A stretch of DNA of 64,000 bases from Ignavibacteriota bacterium. Lineage in GTDB: Bacteria > Bacteroidota > Ignavibacteria > UBA10030. Location of the stretch: positions 1,664,001-1,728,000 of the forward strand of contig OY969585.1 in assembly GCA_963701295.1 (NCBI GenBank), read 5' to 3'. Below the pieces are notes generated by a model. That model searched no databases. It was not told the DNA's origin and saw only the letters and a list, made by a program, of their open reading frames with translations. The position numbers and the translations under genes were made by a program. Below, one piece after another: positions 30,348 to 41,457 of this stretch (within the stretch, counting starts at the first letter, position 1; every line of letters starts with the position of its first letter).

Positions 30348-31538
30348 TTACTTTACTGGAACATACGTGCTCGCACCCAATGGAAGAATCTTCATCGTTA
30401 CACCTGCTATGAATGTCCCGGGATCGGCCACGGTTATAAAGAATCCGGGTGAGAAGTAAGATGATGAAATTACACCAGGATACACATTCAATCGAAACCG
30501 GCAATTCCTCGATGCTGAATATACCATAGACGCAAGAAGAGAGTTATTTCGATCATAGTATATTCCTGCCATCAGTCCTGATTCTATTGTATTTGAGGGA
30601 ACGCCATTCTGTACTGGTAAGCTTTTTACGCCTGTCGATGCCAACCCGGCACCTATAGAAATGGCATCTTCTGTGTTTTTTTTGAAGGAGAGTCCGAAAA
30701 TTGCAAAGTTGCCAAAATGAAAGAATACGCTTGTTGATTTCGACTTTGTCAATGCATATTTCATAACAAAATTCTGACCTGCATTACGGAATGCTAGCGG
30801 GGCGAACGAAATCGCAACAGGCTGAGACCAATCGTTCAGATTCAACTCGGAAGAAAAGAATTTCGATACTTCATCGGAGCTAAAGAGCAGAATTCCAAGA
30901 GGGTGAAAGATGAGGAAGTCAGGGATACAATCTTCATTTGGATAAATATAAGGACCGTTTTCCACCATCTCGTTGAAGAATTCACTTGCCATAACGGTAA
31001 TTGCCCCCAACACGGAGGGTAGAGGATAACCATTGAAATCATACCATTCAGCAATTTTACGCGAGACCATTCCGCCGCCAACTATATGGAGCATATAGTT
31101 CGGAACCCATTGGGTACGGTTCATGTCGAGGCTGGTGGGGAATATTTCTTGGCTCAGAAACCGGTTCCAGCCAAAATCACTAATGACCGGAAGAGGAGAT
31201 ATAACGCTGCGCCAGACACTTGTTGCACCTTTTTTCCATGGGATCGCCTCAAAGGTACTTGGCCGGTCGAGTTGCTGGTATGTGTCACAACCGCCGTTGA
31301 CAAAGACCGAGATGGGATTAAAAAGTGCTTCTGACCCGTAGTCGTATGAACGGAAGAAATAATAATTATTTTCTTGTCCGTACAGCTCCCAAGGAAAAAA
31401 TAGAATGCAAGAACAAATGGCGCAGTATATTGCTGTTATGAAAGGTGTCCGTGTATAATTCTTCAATGGATTCTTAAGGTCTGTCAGAAAATAATATTTC
31501 CAAAATGCAAGATGCAAAGTTATTCCTGTGTTACGCAA
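30348..31538 (-). CDS. Hypothetical secreted or outer-membrane protein (start uncertain)
   Basis: Long ORF with a signal-like segment and an amphipathic beta-rich C-terminus; NYMLH..GGG motif. Confidence 0.6.
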   Translation of the reverse strand: MRNTGITLHLAFWKYYFLTDLKNPLKNYTRTPFITAIYCAICSCILFFPWELYGQENNYYFFRSYDYGSEALFNPISVFVNGGCDTYQQLDRPSTFEAIPWKKGATSVWRSVISPLPVISDFGWNRFLSQEIFPTSLDMNRTQWVPNYMLHIVGGGMVSRKIAEWYDFNGYPLPSVLGAITVMASEFFNEMVENGPYIYPNEDCIPDFLIFHPLGILLFSSDEVSKFFSSELNLNDWSQPVAISFAPLAFRNAGQNFVMKYALTKSKSTSVFFHFGNFAIFGLSFKKNTEDAISIGAGLASTGVKSLPVQNGVPSNTIESGLMAGIYYDRNNSLLASMVYSASRNCRFRLNVYPGVISSSYFSPGFFITVADPGTFIAGVTMKILPLGASTYVPVK

Positions 31539-31612
31539 ATATCAAAATAAAAAAAATGCTAATCTTTAGCTGTTTTTAGTTATGTGTAAAAAAATATGAA
31601 GAAGGAGAGTGG

Positions 31613-32059
31613 TCAGATCTGGAGCTTACAGAGAGAATAAAAATCGAAAAGATGAACATGAAGGACGGTATGTTCTATTCTTAAGCCCCTGTGAAATAAT
31701 AGGGCAGCCTCTTCAGTCATTGTCGGCTCAGCTGCAAGAGATACGCTATCTTCGTCGATAAGGTAGATAGGCTGATCTGAATTGCTGTCCGGCCGATAAG
31801 CACGATTCTCTGTTGTTCCGGAATGGGCATAGAGTATGACTTGTTCATCATTGCGAGAACCAACCATCTCTGTGCTCTGTCCTTCATATTCTTCCCGTAT
31901 CATAGCATGCGACGTGAAGATAGCGTCTGCATTAATCGCATCGAGAAAGAAAGCCAATGAGATTGTGAGCAAAAAAATATTTGAGAGTAATGTATTCAAC
32001 AATAGAGAATTCCGGAATGATCGTTCATTCAGGATATTGAAAAACACGGAGAGATGCAA
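31613..32059 (-). CDS. Hypothetical protein with one N-terminal hydrophobic helix
   Basis: ORF fits the local gene orientation; no recognised motif; weak start. Confidence 0.35.
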   Translation of the reverse strand: MHLSVFFNILNERSFRNSLLLNTLLSNIFLLTISLAFFLDAINADAIFTSHAMIREEYEGQSTEMVGSRNDEQVILYAHSGTTENRAYRPDSNSDQPIYLIDEDSVSLAAEPTMTEEAALLFHRGLRIEHTVLHVHLFDFYSLCKLQI

Positions 32060-32399
32060 ATGACTCTAAGTAAATAACATAATTTTGCTAGCCATCATAT
32101 TCCTACAAAGCCAAAATTCTTTTTGACTAAAGCGTTGTAATTGATCAGATGGAGGGAAGATTAGATTACGATGCTGTCATTGTCGTTTAAGAAGAATTCC
32201 AATGTGTTATTCCAATCGGGATTAGTCTAAAATATTTGTCGTGGAGCCCTTTTTTCCCGTGGTTATAATTTCTTTAATCAGAGTTATGGAGATACTTTAT
32301 ACTAGTTCGAACCACTATTGCTTTGTATGCCAGAGTGGAATCCAGCGGTTGCCTGCAACTTTGAAGAGAATTTTCTTATTGTAATTTGTGAATATCTGT

Positions 32400-32951
32400 T
32401 TATTCCAGTTTGAAAGCCACAGTTAATGAAAAATTTAATGTGTCATCACACTTGATCCCCAGCAAGGAGGGCCGCTCTACTTTGAAATCAGTTAAGCTGA
32501 GATCAAAATAACCTTGCACTTCAAGTCTGTTTGGTGACCATTGTGTTATCGCTGCTATCATGATGTCTTTTGTGATGCCGTGAAATGTGAGTTTTCCCAT
32601 CGCTTTAAGACTGTCGCCATTCTGAACAATGGAAGTGCTTGAGAATATCACATCAGGATATGTGATTGCATCGATCACTTCCATTGCGTGCGAGTCGCGA
32701 TTTGAATTACCACTGTTGAAAGTCGTGACATCTATTTGTACCGACACCGTTTTAATTTCTTTCTTTGCAGGGTTGATTTCAATGCGGCAGTCTATTTCTT
32801 TGCTTGTACTTTCCATATGATGGAGTGGATGTGAGAGCAAGTACGTCACCGATGTCTCATTTTTGCTGCACTCAATTGACTTCGTTTGGCCAACAGCACA
32901 AGATAGCGCCAGAAGCATCCATCCGAAAATAAATACTGTTTTTGTTTTCAT
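32400..32951 (-). CDS. yceI: YceI-family periplasmic lipid/polyisoprenoid-binding protein
   Basis: Signal peptide; F.SGNSNRDSH; YP...F.S; GKLTFHGITK. Confidence 0.85.
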   Translation of the reverse strand: MKTKTVFIFGWMLLALSCAVGQTKSIECSKNETSVTYLLSHPLHHMESTSKEIDCRIEINPAKKEIKTVSVQIDVTTFNSGNSNRDSHAMEVIDAITYPDVIFSSTSIVQNGDSLKAMGKLTFHGITKDIMIAAITQWSPNRLEVQGYFDLSLTDFKVERPSLLGIKCDDTLNFSLTVAFKLE

Positions 32952-32961
32952 CGTGTTCCTC

Positions 32962-33637
32962 TTAGAATGTTATGACGATTAATGATGCCGTCAGCGCCGC
33001 GGCGGTGATATATGCGGATGCCTGATGGAAATGTGCGGTTTGGGATGATGTGGCACGACGACTGATCAATGTGCCGAGTATTGGGGTTATGATCATTCCT
33101 GTAAAGTGAACCCAAGCGAGTGCTTTATGAATCGTTATCGGTACTAACTTCGTCTCGGCGAATCATTGGAGGCGGCGAAAGTACCGAAAGCAATCCGGTC
33201 GCTGAATATGATACGATCGTTGCAGTTACAAAAAGTTGATGGTTGCTGCGATAGCTTTTTGCATTGTTGCCGTTAATCATCTTTTGACCGTAATAGATTG
33301 CGGTATACATGCTTCCAAGCGTTATTACCCCACCTATGAGGTGAGCGGTAAGCATGCCGCGGCGGAGACTGAGTTCACTCTTGCGTACTTCCGGTGTCAG
33401 CGGAGAAGCCAAACCCATGTTTCTGAAAAGACCATCTTCATCCCATAGATATTTTTCCATAAAGCTTGCATTCGTTGGAATCAATTTGCGTTTTGGAGGT
33501 CGTGAAAGAGAATCGGGCGGTGTGTCCGGCAGGCCAAACAACAGTTGGTTTCTCAAAGAAGGTTGGAATACAAATTCTTGAGCTTGTAGGTTTTGCATGC
33601 AGATGATAACAATTGTGCATACAAGATAGGGTTTCAT
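32962..33637 (-). pseudogene. Signal peptide plus 4-TM His-containing membrane protein, frameshifted near 33140 (probable sequencing error)
   Basis: After the shift the frame reads TIHKALAWVHFTGMIITPILG...HFHQASAYITAAALTASLIVITF* and stops 10 nt before the yceI start. Confidence 0.7.
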
Positions 33638-33814
33638 TGTTCACCTTTCCGATGAGTGATGAATAGTATACTTCAATTAAAGGGCTTATATAATTACCTT
33701 AGAACAACCGAATCACATCGAAAATATTGATGGAAGTGTGTCGTTCAAACAAAACAACATAAAAAGAAGTCTAGTCCCTATAAATCGCCATTGTGCCGAT
33801 ATCATCATGGCGAA

Positions 33815-34300
33815 TCATGAAGGCGGCGAAAACAATTCGAGCAAACCTGTTACTGAATATGAGATGACGGTTGTTATTTCAAAGAGTTGACGGTCTTCGC
33901 GATATTTTCTATTATTATTGCCGTCAATCATCTTCTGACCGTAATAAGTAGCTGTTATAATGGATCCCAAGGTTACAAGTCCGCCAATGAGGTTTGCGGT
34001 AGGCACCGCGGATTGTAGAGATAGTTCATTCCTCGGCGCACCCGCTGTCAGCGGAGAAGCTAAATCCATATTCCTGAAAAGACAATCTTCATCCCACAAA
34101 ACTCCTCCCATAAAACTCACATCTGTTGGCATGAATCTGTGCTTAGATGCTGATGGAATAGAATTGATGCCTGCGTCCGGCGGCCCATAAAGTAATTGGT
34201 CACTCAAAGATGGCTGGAATGCAGATTCTTGAGCTCGCAAGTTCTGCATATAGAAAATAACCACTGCACATAAAAGATAGAGTTTCATAAATAACCTCAC
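33815..34300 (-). CDS. Truncated paralog of 32962-33637 (2 TM, His residues lost)
   Basis: Colinear: FQPSL..QLL.G.PD, LWDED.LFRNM.LASPLT, LIGG..TLGS, YYGQKMI.GNN, SYS.TGLL...SPP then stop. Confidence 0.65.
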   Translation of the reverse strand: MRLFMKLYLLCAVVIFYMQNLRAQESAFQPSLSDQLLYGPPDAGINSIPSASKHRFMPTDVSFMGGVLWDEDCLFRNMDLASPLTAGAPRNELSLQSAVPTANLIGGLVTLGSIITATYYGQKMIDGNNNRKYREDRQLFEITTVISYSVTGLLELFSPPS

Positions 34301-34595
34301 AAATGAGTGATGCGGAATTTATTCTTCTATCAACTGTAGGCTCTTTGTTCCTTTCTCATCCCCTTTGCAGATTATTCAGTATGAACTTGATGTACTTTAT
34401 TAAACACAGCGGAAGTTGTGTACGTTCCAGTTATTTTATTTATCAAGCCGTTATTATTATTTAAGAATGTTCGAATTATATTAAAGAATCCGATCTATAT
34501 TCATCACGATGACTGTTTTTCTTCCATTTGCTCGTGTCCGATAATTCTCATAAGGCGTAATAAAACAAATTTGCCACTTCAACCGAAAAGTACCT

Positions 34596-36803
34596 TTAAT
34601 GTCTTCCTTCATCTTTGTTTGTACCGCGTTTCGGTGCAGTCCGAGGAGGAGGCAGTGCCCTAGGACTTGAAGTACGTTCGGCTGCACGCTGGCGCACTTC
34701 GCTGTCATGGACTGCTGCTTGTTTTGCTGGTGCCTCGGGTGCATTTTTCCATGTATTTTGATCACGTTGCTGCCAGCCTTGAGAAGTTCTTCGCAAGACA
34801 CTGCCGTCCGGGGCTGCATAAACATTATTCTCTGTTGACGAAGAGTGCGTCACGATTCGTGGTGTGGGTCTTGAAATCGCTCGCGGCATAGGTTGTGCAA
34901 CAGGAGATGTTACAGGCGTGACAATCGGGCGAACTTCGGGTGCAGTCGTCCTTGTTACTTCTCTTACAGGCATTGGCGTCTCACTCACCAACGGTCGTCT
35001 TATGCCGGATCCTCTAAGGTCGTAGAGAGTTGCAGCGCGCTGTATACCGGAAGTACGTCTTACATCATTCGATGTTCTCCCAACCGGTGCGCTCGCTATT
35101 GCTTGGCGATACACTGGATGGTACCCTTCACGATATACTGGTCTTGCAGCTGGACGGTATACCGGATGGTATTCTGCTGGACCCCACCATCCTGCATGCT
35201 CAACTCTTGGTTGGCGTGCGAACCATCCATGTGGCTGCCCCCAACCTGCTCCGAAAGACCAGCCTGACCACGGATCGTAGTGAACATTGAATCCCCACGT
35301 CCACGGCCGTGGATAATATGCATGCCTGTACCATGGATGATAATTGTATCCCGTTCCGTACACAACCGTCCTGCCATAAACATAACATCCAGTGTAACCT
35401 GCGGTATAACCGACATAAACAATATCGGGAGTATAGGTGTACACGCGAACATAGCGGACACAGTATATAGGATAACGAGGTGGAATTGTATAAATAACAT
35501 CAGGAACGCTGATACAGACTTCCCACGGACCATAGGGAGTCGCACTTTCAAACCATACTCCTTTATCACAGTCGTAAAACCGTCCATTGACGTGAATGAC
35601 TGCAGTCGATGTATTTACGGCGTAATCCATTCCCGTGTTCTCAATCGGTTCAAATTGCGGATCTCCGTCGTATTCAACCTGAGTTGTTGTTTGCAAGCGG
35701 TCCACCTCTGCCATTTGAGGAATCTGCGCATCAAAGACAGCTTCTTTTGCCGGCACTGTTCCGGCGACATTCGCGAGTACATCATCGCGCTCTGATCCGG
35801 GAGGAATTTTTTTGAAATCACCAGGAAGCTTTTCAGATGCAATGAACGTCCACGGGCCCGTCAATCTCTTTGCCATGTACCATCGTCCGGAGATAAGGAT
35901 GAAGTACTGCTGAGTATCAATTTCAAGAAACACCCGGCTTGGAGTATTGCTCGCATAAAGAAGTCCAGTTCCCTGGATAGGTGCAAGCTGCATAGGACCG
36001 TCGGTGGCAATCAATTCAGTCGGTTCTGTGCTCACGATAATCTCCGGCACTTTTCCGGTTTTCGACACAATATCGTTTGTCGTCGAATCTTCATCCGATT
36101 CTTCGTCGGATTTCAATTGCTCGAAAAGATCGACAACAGATTGTGGGGAAGTATCTGCTTGTTGCCAGGGTCCCCTGATCATCTTTGCACTAAACCAAAA
36201 ATCTCCTCCGTGAAGATAGAACGTATTGCTGGTAAAATCCTGAACCAAAAAATACGGTGTATTGATAACGCGCTTCAGTGATGTTCCGTTGTTATCACTG
36301 AGAATTGGATCGCCGTCAATCCGAACGAGCACAGCAGGATGATCCATCACAATGATCTTGGGTGGAATCAATTCAAGTTCACGAGCGGTTTCCCGCTCTT
36401 TCTGTGCCGTCTCAACACTTACGAGAAGCAGGTCGAGAGAAAAAGTGAGATCAAATCGTGGTATCATCTCTTCCAATGCTGCAGCAATCTTTGCTGTGTC
36501 CGCATCTGTTTCTGAAGGGAATCTAATCCTTCGCACTTCCATCCCTTCGAGCTTCACCGTACGTGTCGGGCGGTCAGTCATGACTTTGCAATCCACCCAG
36601 ATGGCTCCGAAGATCGGCTCATCCTTCCCGTTGGGGATGATGGAAACGGCGGCGCGGGCTTTCAGAGAATTTCCCGAGTACGATTCAATCTGAGGTTGGT
36701 ACATTGTAATTGTGCCTTCAGAACTCAGTACCTCGCGGGGCCAGTCGTCTGCATAGAGAAATGTTGTCCAGCAAGTTATGAATGCGATGAGTAAGTATTT
36801 CAT
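34596..36803 (-). CDS. Secreted hypothetical protein (family often annotated as carbohydrate-binding family V/XII), Tyr/Trp/Gly-rich and Pro/Arg-rich tail
   Basis: Signal peptide; YQPQ; GPW repeats; VYGTGY.Y.PW; low-complexity C-terminus. Confidence 0.7.
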   Translation of the reverse strand: MKYLLIAFITCWTTFLYADDWPREVLSSEGTITMYQPQIESYSGNSLKARAAVSIIPNGKDEPIFGAIWVDCKVMTDRPTRTVKLEGMEVRRIRFPSETDADTAKIAAALEEMIPRFDLTFSLDLLLVSVETAQKERETARELELIPPKIIVMDHPAVLVRIDGDPILSDNNGTSLKRVINTPYFLVQDFTSNTFYLHGGDFWFSAKMIRGPWQQADTSPQSVVDLFEQLKSDEESDEDSTTNDIVSKTGKVPEIIVSTEPTELIATDGPMQLAPIQGTGLLYASNTPSRVFLEIDTQQYFILISGRWYMAKRLTGPWTFIASEKLPGDFKKIPPGSERDDVLANVAGTVPAKEAVFDAQIPQMAEVDRLQTTTQVEYDGDPQFEPIENTGMDYAVNTSTAVIHVNGRFYDCDKGVWFESATPYGPWEVCISVPDVIYTIPPRYPIYCVRYVRVYTYTPDIVYVGYTAGYTGCYVYGRTVVYGTGYNYHPWYRHAYYPRPWTWGFNVHYDPWSGWSFGAGWGQPHGWFARQPRVEHAGWWGPAEYHPVYRPAARPVYREGYHPVYRQAIASAPVGRTSNDVRRTSGIQRAATLYDLRGSGIRRPLVSETPMPVREVTRTTAPEVRPIVTPVTSPVAQPMPRAISRPTPRIVTHSSSTENNVYAAPDGSVLRRTSQGWQQRDQNTWKNAPEAPAKQAAVHDSEVRQRAAERTSSPRALPPPRTAPKRGTNKDEGRH

Positions 36804-37126
36804 TATATTTCTCCTTTTTGTCTTAGACTGTAGCGAACTGTCAGTTAAAATTTCGATCTATCAATGTCCGATCAACCATTCTAAAGGTACGACGTATGAG
36901 ACAACAAAAAGGTGCCAATAAATTGGCTTACTTTCCAGTTTTTCATTGTCAATCCGGTGTGTCCGTTATGCGGATCTGTTTTTTGGCCGTTCTCTGATGT
37001 ATCGATTTTCTCAAATCGTTTCAGCGCGGTCTTTTCGGATGGATGCCATCAATGCAGCCGACTGAGTTCAATCCTAAATGACCAGTCATGTTAATCAAAA
37101 GGTAAAATCTGTAGATAAAAAATCTT

Positions 37127-37966
37127 CTAACGTACAACAATCCGTTTCGAGTCGATAGCATACGCTGCAAAGTACCCTAGTGCGCCACCGCTGATATTCG
37201 TGTTAGGATTTGCCGGTGCGAGCGACGTTGGGCTTTGGTCGGATGTAAGAATATCGGCAAGCGTGTGGAAGTAGTCATAGGTTGCTTTGTCAATCGACAA
37301 CAAATCTATCGTGATCGTGTCGCCAGGATTGACATTTCTCCCTGCGCGGATTCTCACGGCCATTTCATTGCCATTTGTTAATTTGTCTGTGTAAAGACGG
37401 TACCTGCGCCCGTCAATTGAATCCGCAGGAATCAGGGCACTTGATTTAGCGTTGACCCGATAGTAGTTGCCCAACGCCGGAGGGTCTCTAAACACGACGT
37501 AAATATCGTATCCCTTGTCACCATCGAACCCCTGTCTCGGCACGTCATACAGAGAATCAATAAAAACCTTTGTCGGCATAGATGACGTTGCATCGTATTC
37601 TTTACCTTTTACAACTACCGACAGTTGATAGCTATTGCCGGGCACGCCCTGTACGGTTGAAGTCTGATATGTTCCACTTACTACTTCTTTCAATGTATCG
37701 CGATGTCCCATATCATCGGACATAATAATGAGTGCATTGGAAACCGGCGGAAAATACAACGATGGCGTAAAGTAATCTCCGGTCATGCTGAGGAGGACAG
37801 AGTATGGACCAGGATGATCCTGAACGACACCGTCAATGACAATGTTCGGTGAATTTTGGTTCAAATTAATCGAAACAACTTCCTGGCAAGATGTAATGCC
37901 ACATGCCGTCGCTGCCAGGATGATGAAAAGTGTTAGGCGATTTATGAACATTGCGTTTGATCTCAT
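37127..37966 (-). CDS. DUF4249-family lipoprotein
   Basis: Lipobox ITSC; IVIDG; F.DP....NYYR; TNISGGALGYF; lies downstream of a TonB receptor. Confidence 0.8.
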   Translation of the reverse strand: MRSNAMFINRLTLFIILAATACGITSCQEVVSINLNQNSPNIVIDGVVQDHPGPYSVLLSMTGDYFTPSLYFPPVSNALIIMSDDMGHRDTLKEVVSGTYQTSTVQGVPGNSYQLSVVVKGKEYDATSSMPTKVFIDSLYDVPRQGFDGDKGYDIYVVFRDPPALGNYYRVNAKSSALIPADSIDGRRYRLYTDKLTNGNEMAVRIRAGRNVNPGDTITIDLLSIDKATYDYFHTLADILTSDQSPTSLAPANPNTNISGGALGYFAAYAIDSKRIVVR

Positions 37967-37979
37967 AGGACACCACAAA

Positions 37980-40303
37980 TCAGAAAGTGAAATTATATGT
38001 GACGGATGGAATGATCGGGAAGATTGTTGTTTGCACAGCTTGGGTATTGTTGGGATTGTTGGGGTCCTGACGGAATTCAATCGAATATGCGTTCATCCGG
38101 TCATAGGCATTATAGATAGAAAAATTCAAATTGGAGTGCGGTCCCAATTTCCAGGTGGCAGATAGGTCCAGACGATGATAGGCCGGCATGCGGTACCCAT
38201 TTCGTTGCGTGTAATAGGGAACCAATCGTCCATCGACATAATAGTTTCCGTTCGGAAACGTCACAGCATTTCCTGTGTTGTAGACCCACGTGGCCGAGAA
38301 ATTCCACGTACTGGAATAATCATAAATGAAAACGACAGAGATATCGTGCGTCCTGTCTTGTCTCGCGGGAAAGGGCTGGTCATTGTTGATTTGCGCAAAC
38401 TGTTCCTCTGATCTGGAAAGAGTGTATCCAATCCAGCCGCTGATCGGACCATATCGTTTCCTCATAAGGAACTCCGCCCCGTAACTCCACGCCCTGCCAT
38501 AGAGAAGAAGAGCCTCGACATTGGGATTGAGTTGAAGATCCGCGCCATTTTTATAATCGATGACGTTATGCATGTTCTTGTAATACACTTCGAAGGAAGA
38601 TTCAAACGCGTTGTCGCCGAAATTTCTGAAGTATCCGAGTGTTCCTTGATCGGCATATTGCGGTGCCACATTGTTGCTGCTAGGAACCCACAGATCGCTT
38701 GGGTTCGTTGAAGTAGAATTGGAAAGGAGGTGAAGGTATTGTGTGGTCCTTGTGTAAGACGCTTTGATGGAGCTTGTTTCATCTAAGCAGAAAATTCATG
38801 GAGAGACGCGGCTCAAGATTCGTATATGTTTTGATAAATTTCCCCGAAGGAGTACGTTGCGGTATCGATGACATTTCCATCTTGATCGTACGAATAGATA
38901 TGGCCGGGGCCCAACAGGCTAAACGTAGAGAACCTCAAACCATAATTAACCTTGAGATCGGGGAGCACATTCAGTTCGTGTGAGAAATAGATTCCGTTTT
39001 CCAGACCATATCGATGCTCAAGATTGAGGCTATTTGTTCCACTTGACGTTGTTGCCGTGACGGAGCCTGGCATGAATGTGTGATACATAGAGTTGATGCC
39101 AAATTTTAATGTGCTTTGCGAATTCGTGAAATATTGAAAATCCATTTTGAAATTCAGGTCTTGTATGCCCGATGAAATTTGAGATTGGCTAGTGCTGGTT
39201 TCATCAGAGCTGCTGTAGTTGTAGTCGCTCACAATGAATGATGTATTGGAAAAAAGGTGATCTCCAAAAATATGATTCCAGCGTAAGGTCGCGGTGGTGT
39301 TTCCCCAGTTGAATCCGAAATAATTAGGGTAGTCGAAGTTGTCTCTTCCAAAATAACCGGAAAGAAAAACGCGATCCTTGTCTCCAAGCGTATAGTTTGC
39401 TTTCATATTGAGATCATAAAAGTACACACTTGCCCGGTTAATCATCGTGTCTTTGGATAATCTCAGGAAAATATCTACATATGTTCGCCTTGCGGAGATA
39501 ATAAACGATCCCTGATCCTTGACGATCGGGCCGTTCAACATGAGTCTCGAATCAATCAACCCGATTCCTCCTGAACCTCCGAATTCTTTCATGTTCCCAT
39601 CGTTTGTCCGAATATCGATGACCGAAGAGAGTCGTCCACCGTATTCGGAGGGCATACCACCCGTTATAACTTCCACATCCTTGATGGCGTCGGCATTGAA
39701 TACGGACAAGTATCCCAGAAGATGGGATGGATTGTAGACGGGGGCTTCATCCAAGACGATCAGATTCTGATCAATACCGCCTCCTCTCGCATAAAATCCG
39801 GTACTTCCCTCTCCTGCTGATTTCACGCCCGGAAGCAGCTGAATCGTTTTCAGAATATCCTTTTCTCCTAATAACACGGGGATAGATTTTATTTCATCTA
39901 TTTCAATTTTTTGGGCACTCACCTCCGTTGACGTAATATTTGCATTCGTCCTCTCACCCGATATCACCACTTCACCGACTTTGATAGGCTGGGGAAGAAG
40001 ATTAAAATTTACTATTTGATTATGGTCGAGTACAATGGTATCGGCTGCTGTTTTAAATCCGAGATACTGTACCAGCATTGTGTATGTTCCCAGCGGAAGC
40101 GTAAGAGAATAAAAACCGTACGCATTTGAAACGACTCCCACACCTGACAGCTCTTTTACGACAACTGCGGCGCCTATAAGAGCCTCGCCGGTTTCACCGT
40201 TTTTGACGGTCCCGCTCATTGTTTGTTTCGTCTGTGTGAATGTAATACTGCTGGGGAAATGGAGAAGAAAAAGTGTTGTAATGATTACAGCGGGAATCTT
40301 CAT
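37980..40303 (-). pseudogene. TonB-dependent receptor (CarboxypepD-reg-like N-domain, plug, barrel) with two single-base frameshifts near 38838 and 38785
   Basis: GEKDILKTIQLLPGV; RGGG.DQNL; YGGRLSSV; restored LEPRLS.NFL.DETSSIKASY; YHRLDLS; terminal YNFTF. Confidence 0.85.
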
Positions 40304-40666
40304 ATGTTAATCAACGTTATTGGAGAGAATTTTGTTCCCGTCGACAGGAGAGTTCGTGTAATGCTGGGGTGTCGACGAGTGTCACGAAAATTTTATCGCG
40401 CTTATGATATGAAGCAATGTCATGAAGAGGAATACCGAAGATGTTCTGTTCTGCTGTAGCATGAACTCCCACAATGAACGGGAGTACGTGCAGAGAAGGG
40501 ATGGTGCATAATTTATAAAATATCTGCCGGGTGAATGGGTTTTCTAACCATTCGAGATGAAACCGGCGGATACATCAAAGCTCGTTCTATCAGAGATGAT
40601 CTCGGAATCCTAAGGTCTGAATCGAAACATATCAGACCTTAGCATCATCCGTAATAAGCAATTGAC

Positions 40667-41078
40667 TTACTTTGTATACTTAAATCCCCACCAACTGCTT
40701 TTTCTGCCTTCTTTCCCATCGGGACCCACGGCCCAGACTCTCCAGCGCCCAGATTGTTTACCCACAAAATCAAACTTATAGATTGTAGCTGTACCTGTCG
40801 ATGTTAGTGCTAATGGTTCCCATTTTGTATCATGCATATTCAACTTCAACCATGTAACTTGCTGCCCCCTTCACTGGACTCCATCGCAATGCGGTGTGGC
40901 GGGGAAAATTATGAAAAGCTGTCCCCGAAGTTGGGGAAACCATAGATGGAGGGCGGAGAACAACTGGCCTTTCCACCTTAACCGTTCGTTCCTGTGCCGA
41001 TCCGAAGGAAATAAATAAAATTGAAGTCGTGATGATAGAGAGTGCGACTATTTTTATTTGGCTCTTGATTTTTCTCAT
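40667..41078 (-). pseudogene. Small secreted protein with an FN3-like domain, frameshifted near 40835
   Basis: Signal peptide; LRWSPVKGAASY.VEVEY continues in a second frame as DTKWEP...WRVWAV...G..S.WW.F. Confidence 0.6.
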
Positions 41079-41457
41079 TTGTTGGTTCTTCCGGTCTCAA
41101 TGTTTTATGTCGTTGAAAAAATGTTTTGCGATCACTTTCACATCCTTATTTAATTCAGGAAGGAATGAATTATAAGTTATAATAATTATGATACCGTATG
41201 ATTCCTATCATCGGTAGAATTTATTTTGGAAAATGAAATCGATAGGATGCCTCATCATAACACTGGAAATCTCGCAAGTGAAATAACTGTGAATAAAATA
41301 TGCAAGAGATCAATAAAACGCAAGTATGCCGAGGAAAATAAAAACTTACAGCAACGCAAACAATAAATGAAAGAACTTGACAACCATTATTCATTTCCCT
41401 ATTATTTATTTCAGTATCTTTATCCATCTATTCTCATTACTCAACAGGAGGTATGTT

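Noticed and set aside
34330-34380. Fifth copy of the regulon box (ttcctttctcatccccttt)
   Set aside because: Only a partial match, lacking the GGrCkA half-site, and on the opposite strand to the neighbouring gene.
36900-36920. Sigma-54 promoter (TGGCAC on the minus strand) for 34596-36803
   Set aside because: No GC at the -12 position (GG-N10-TT).
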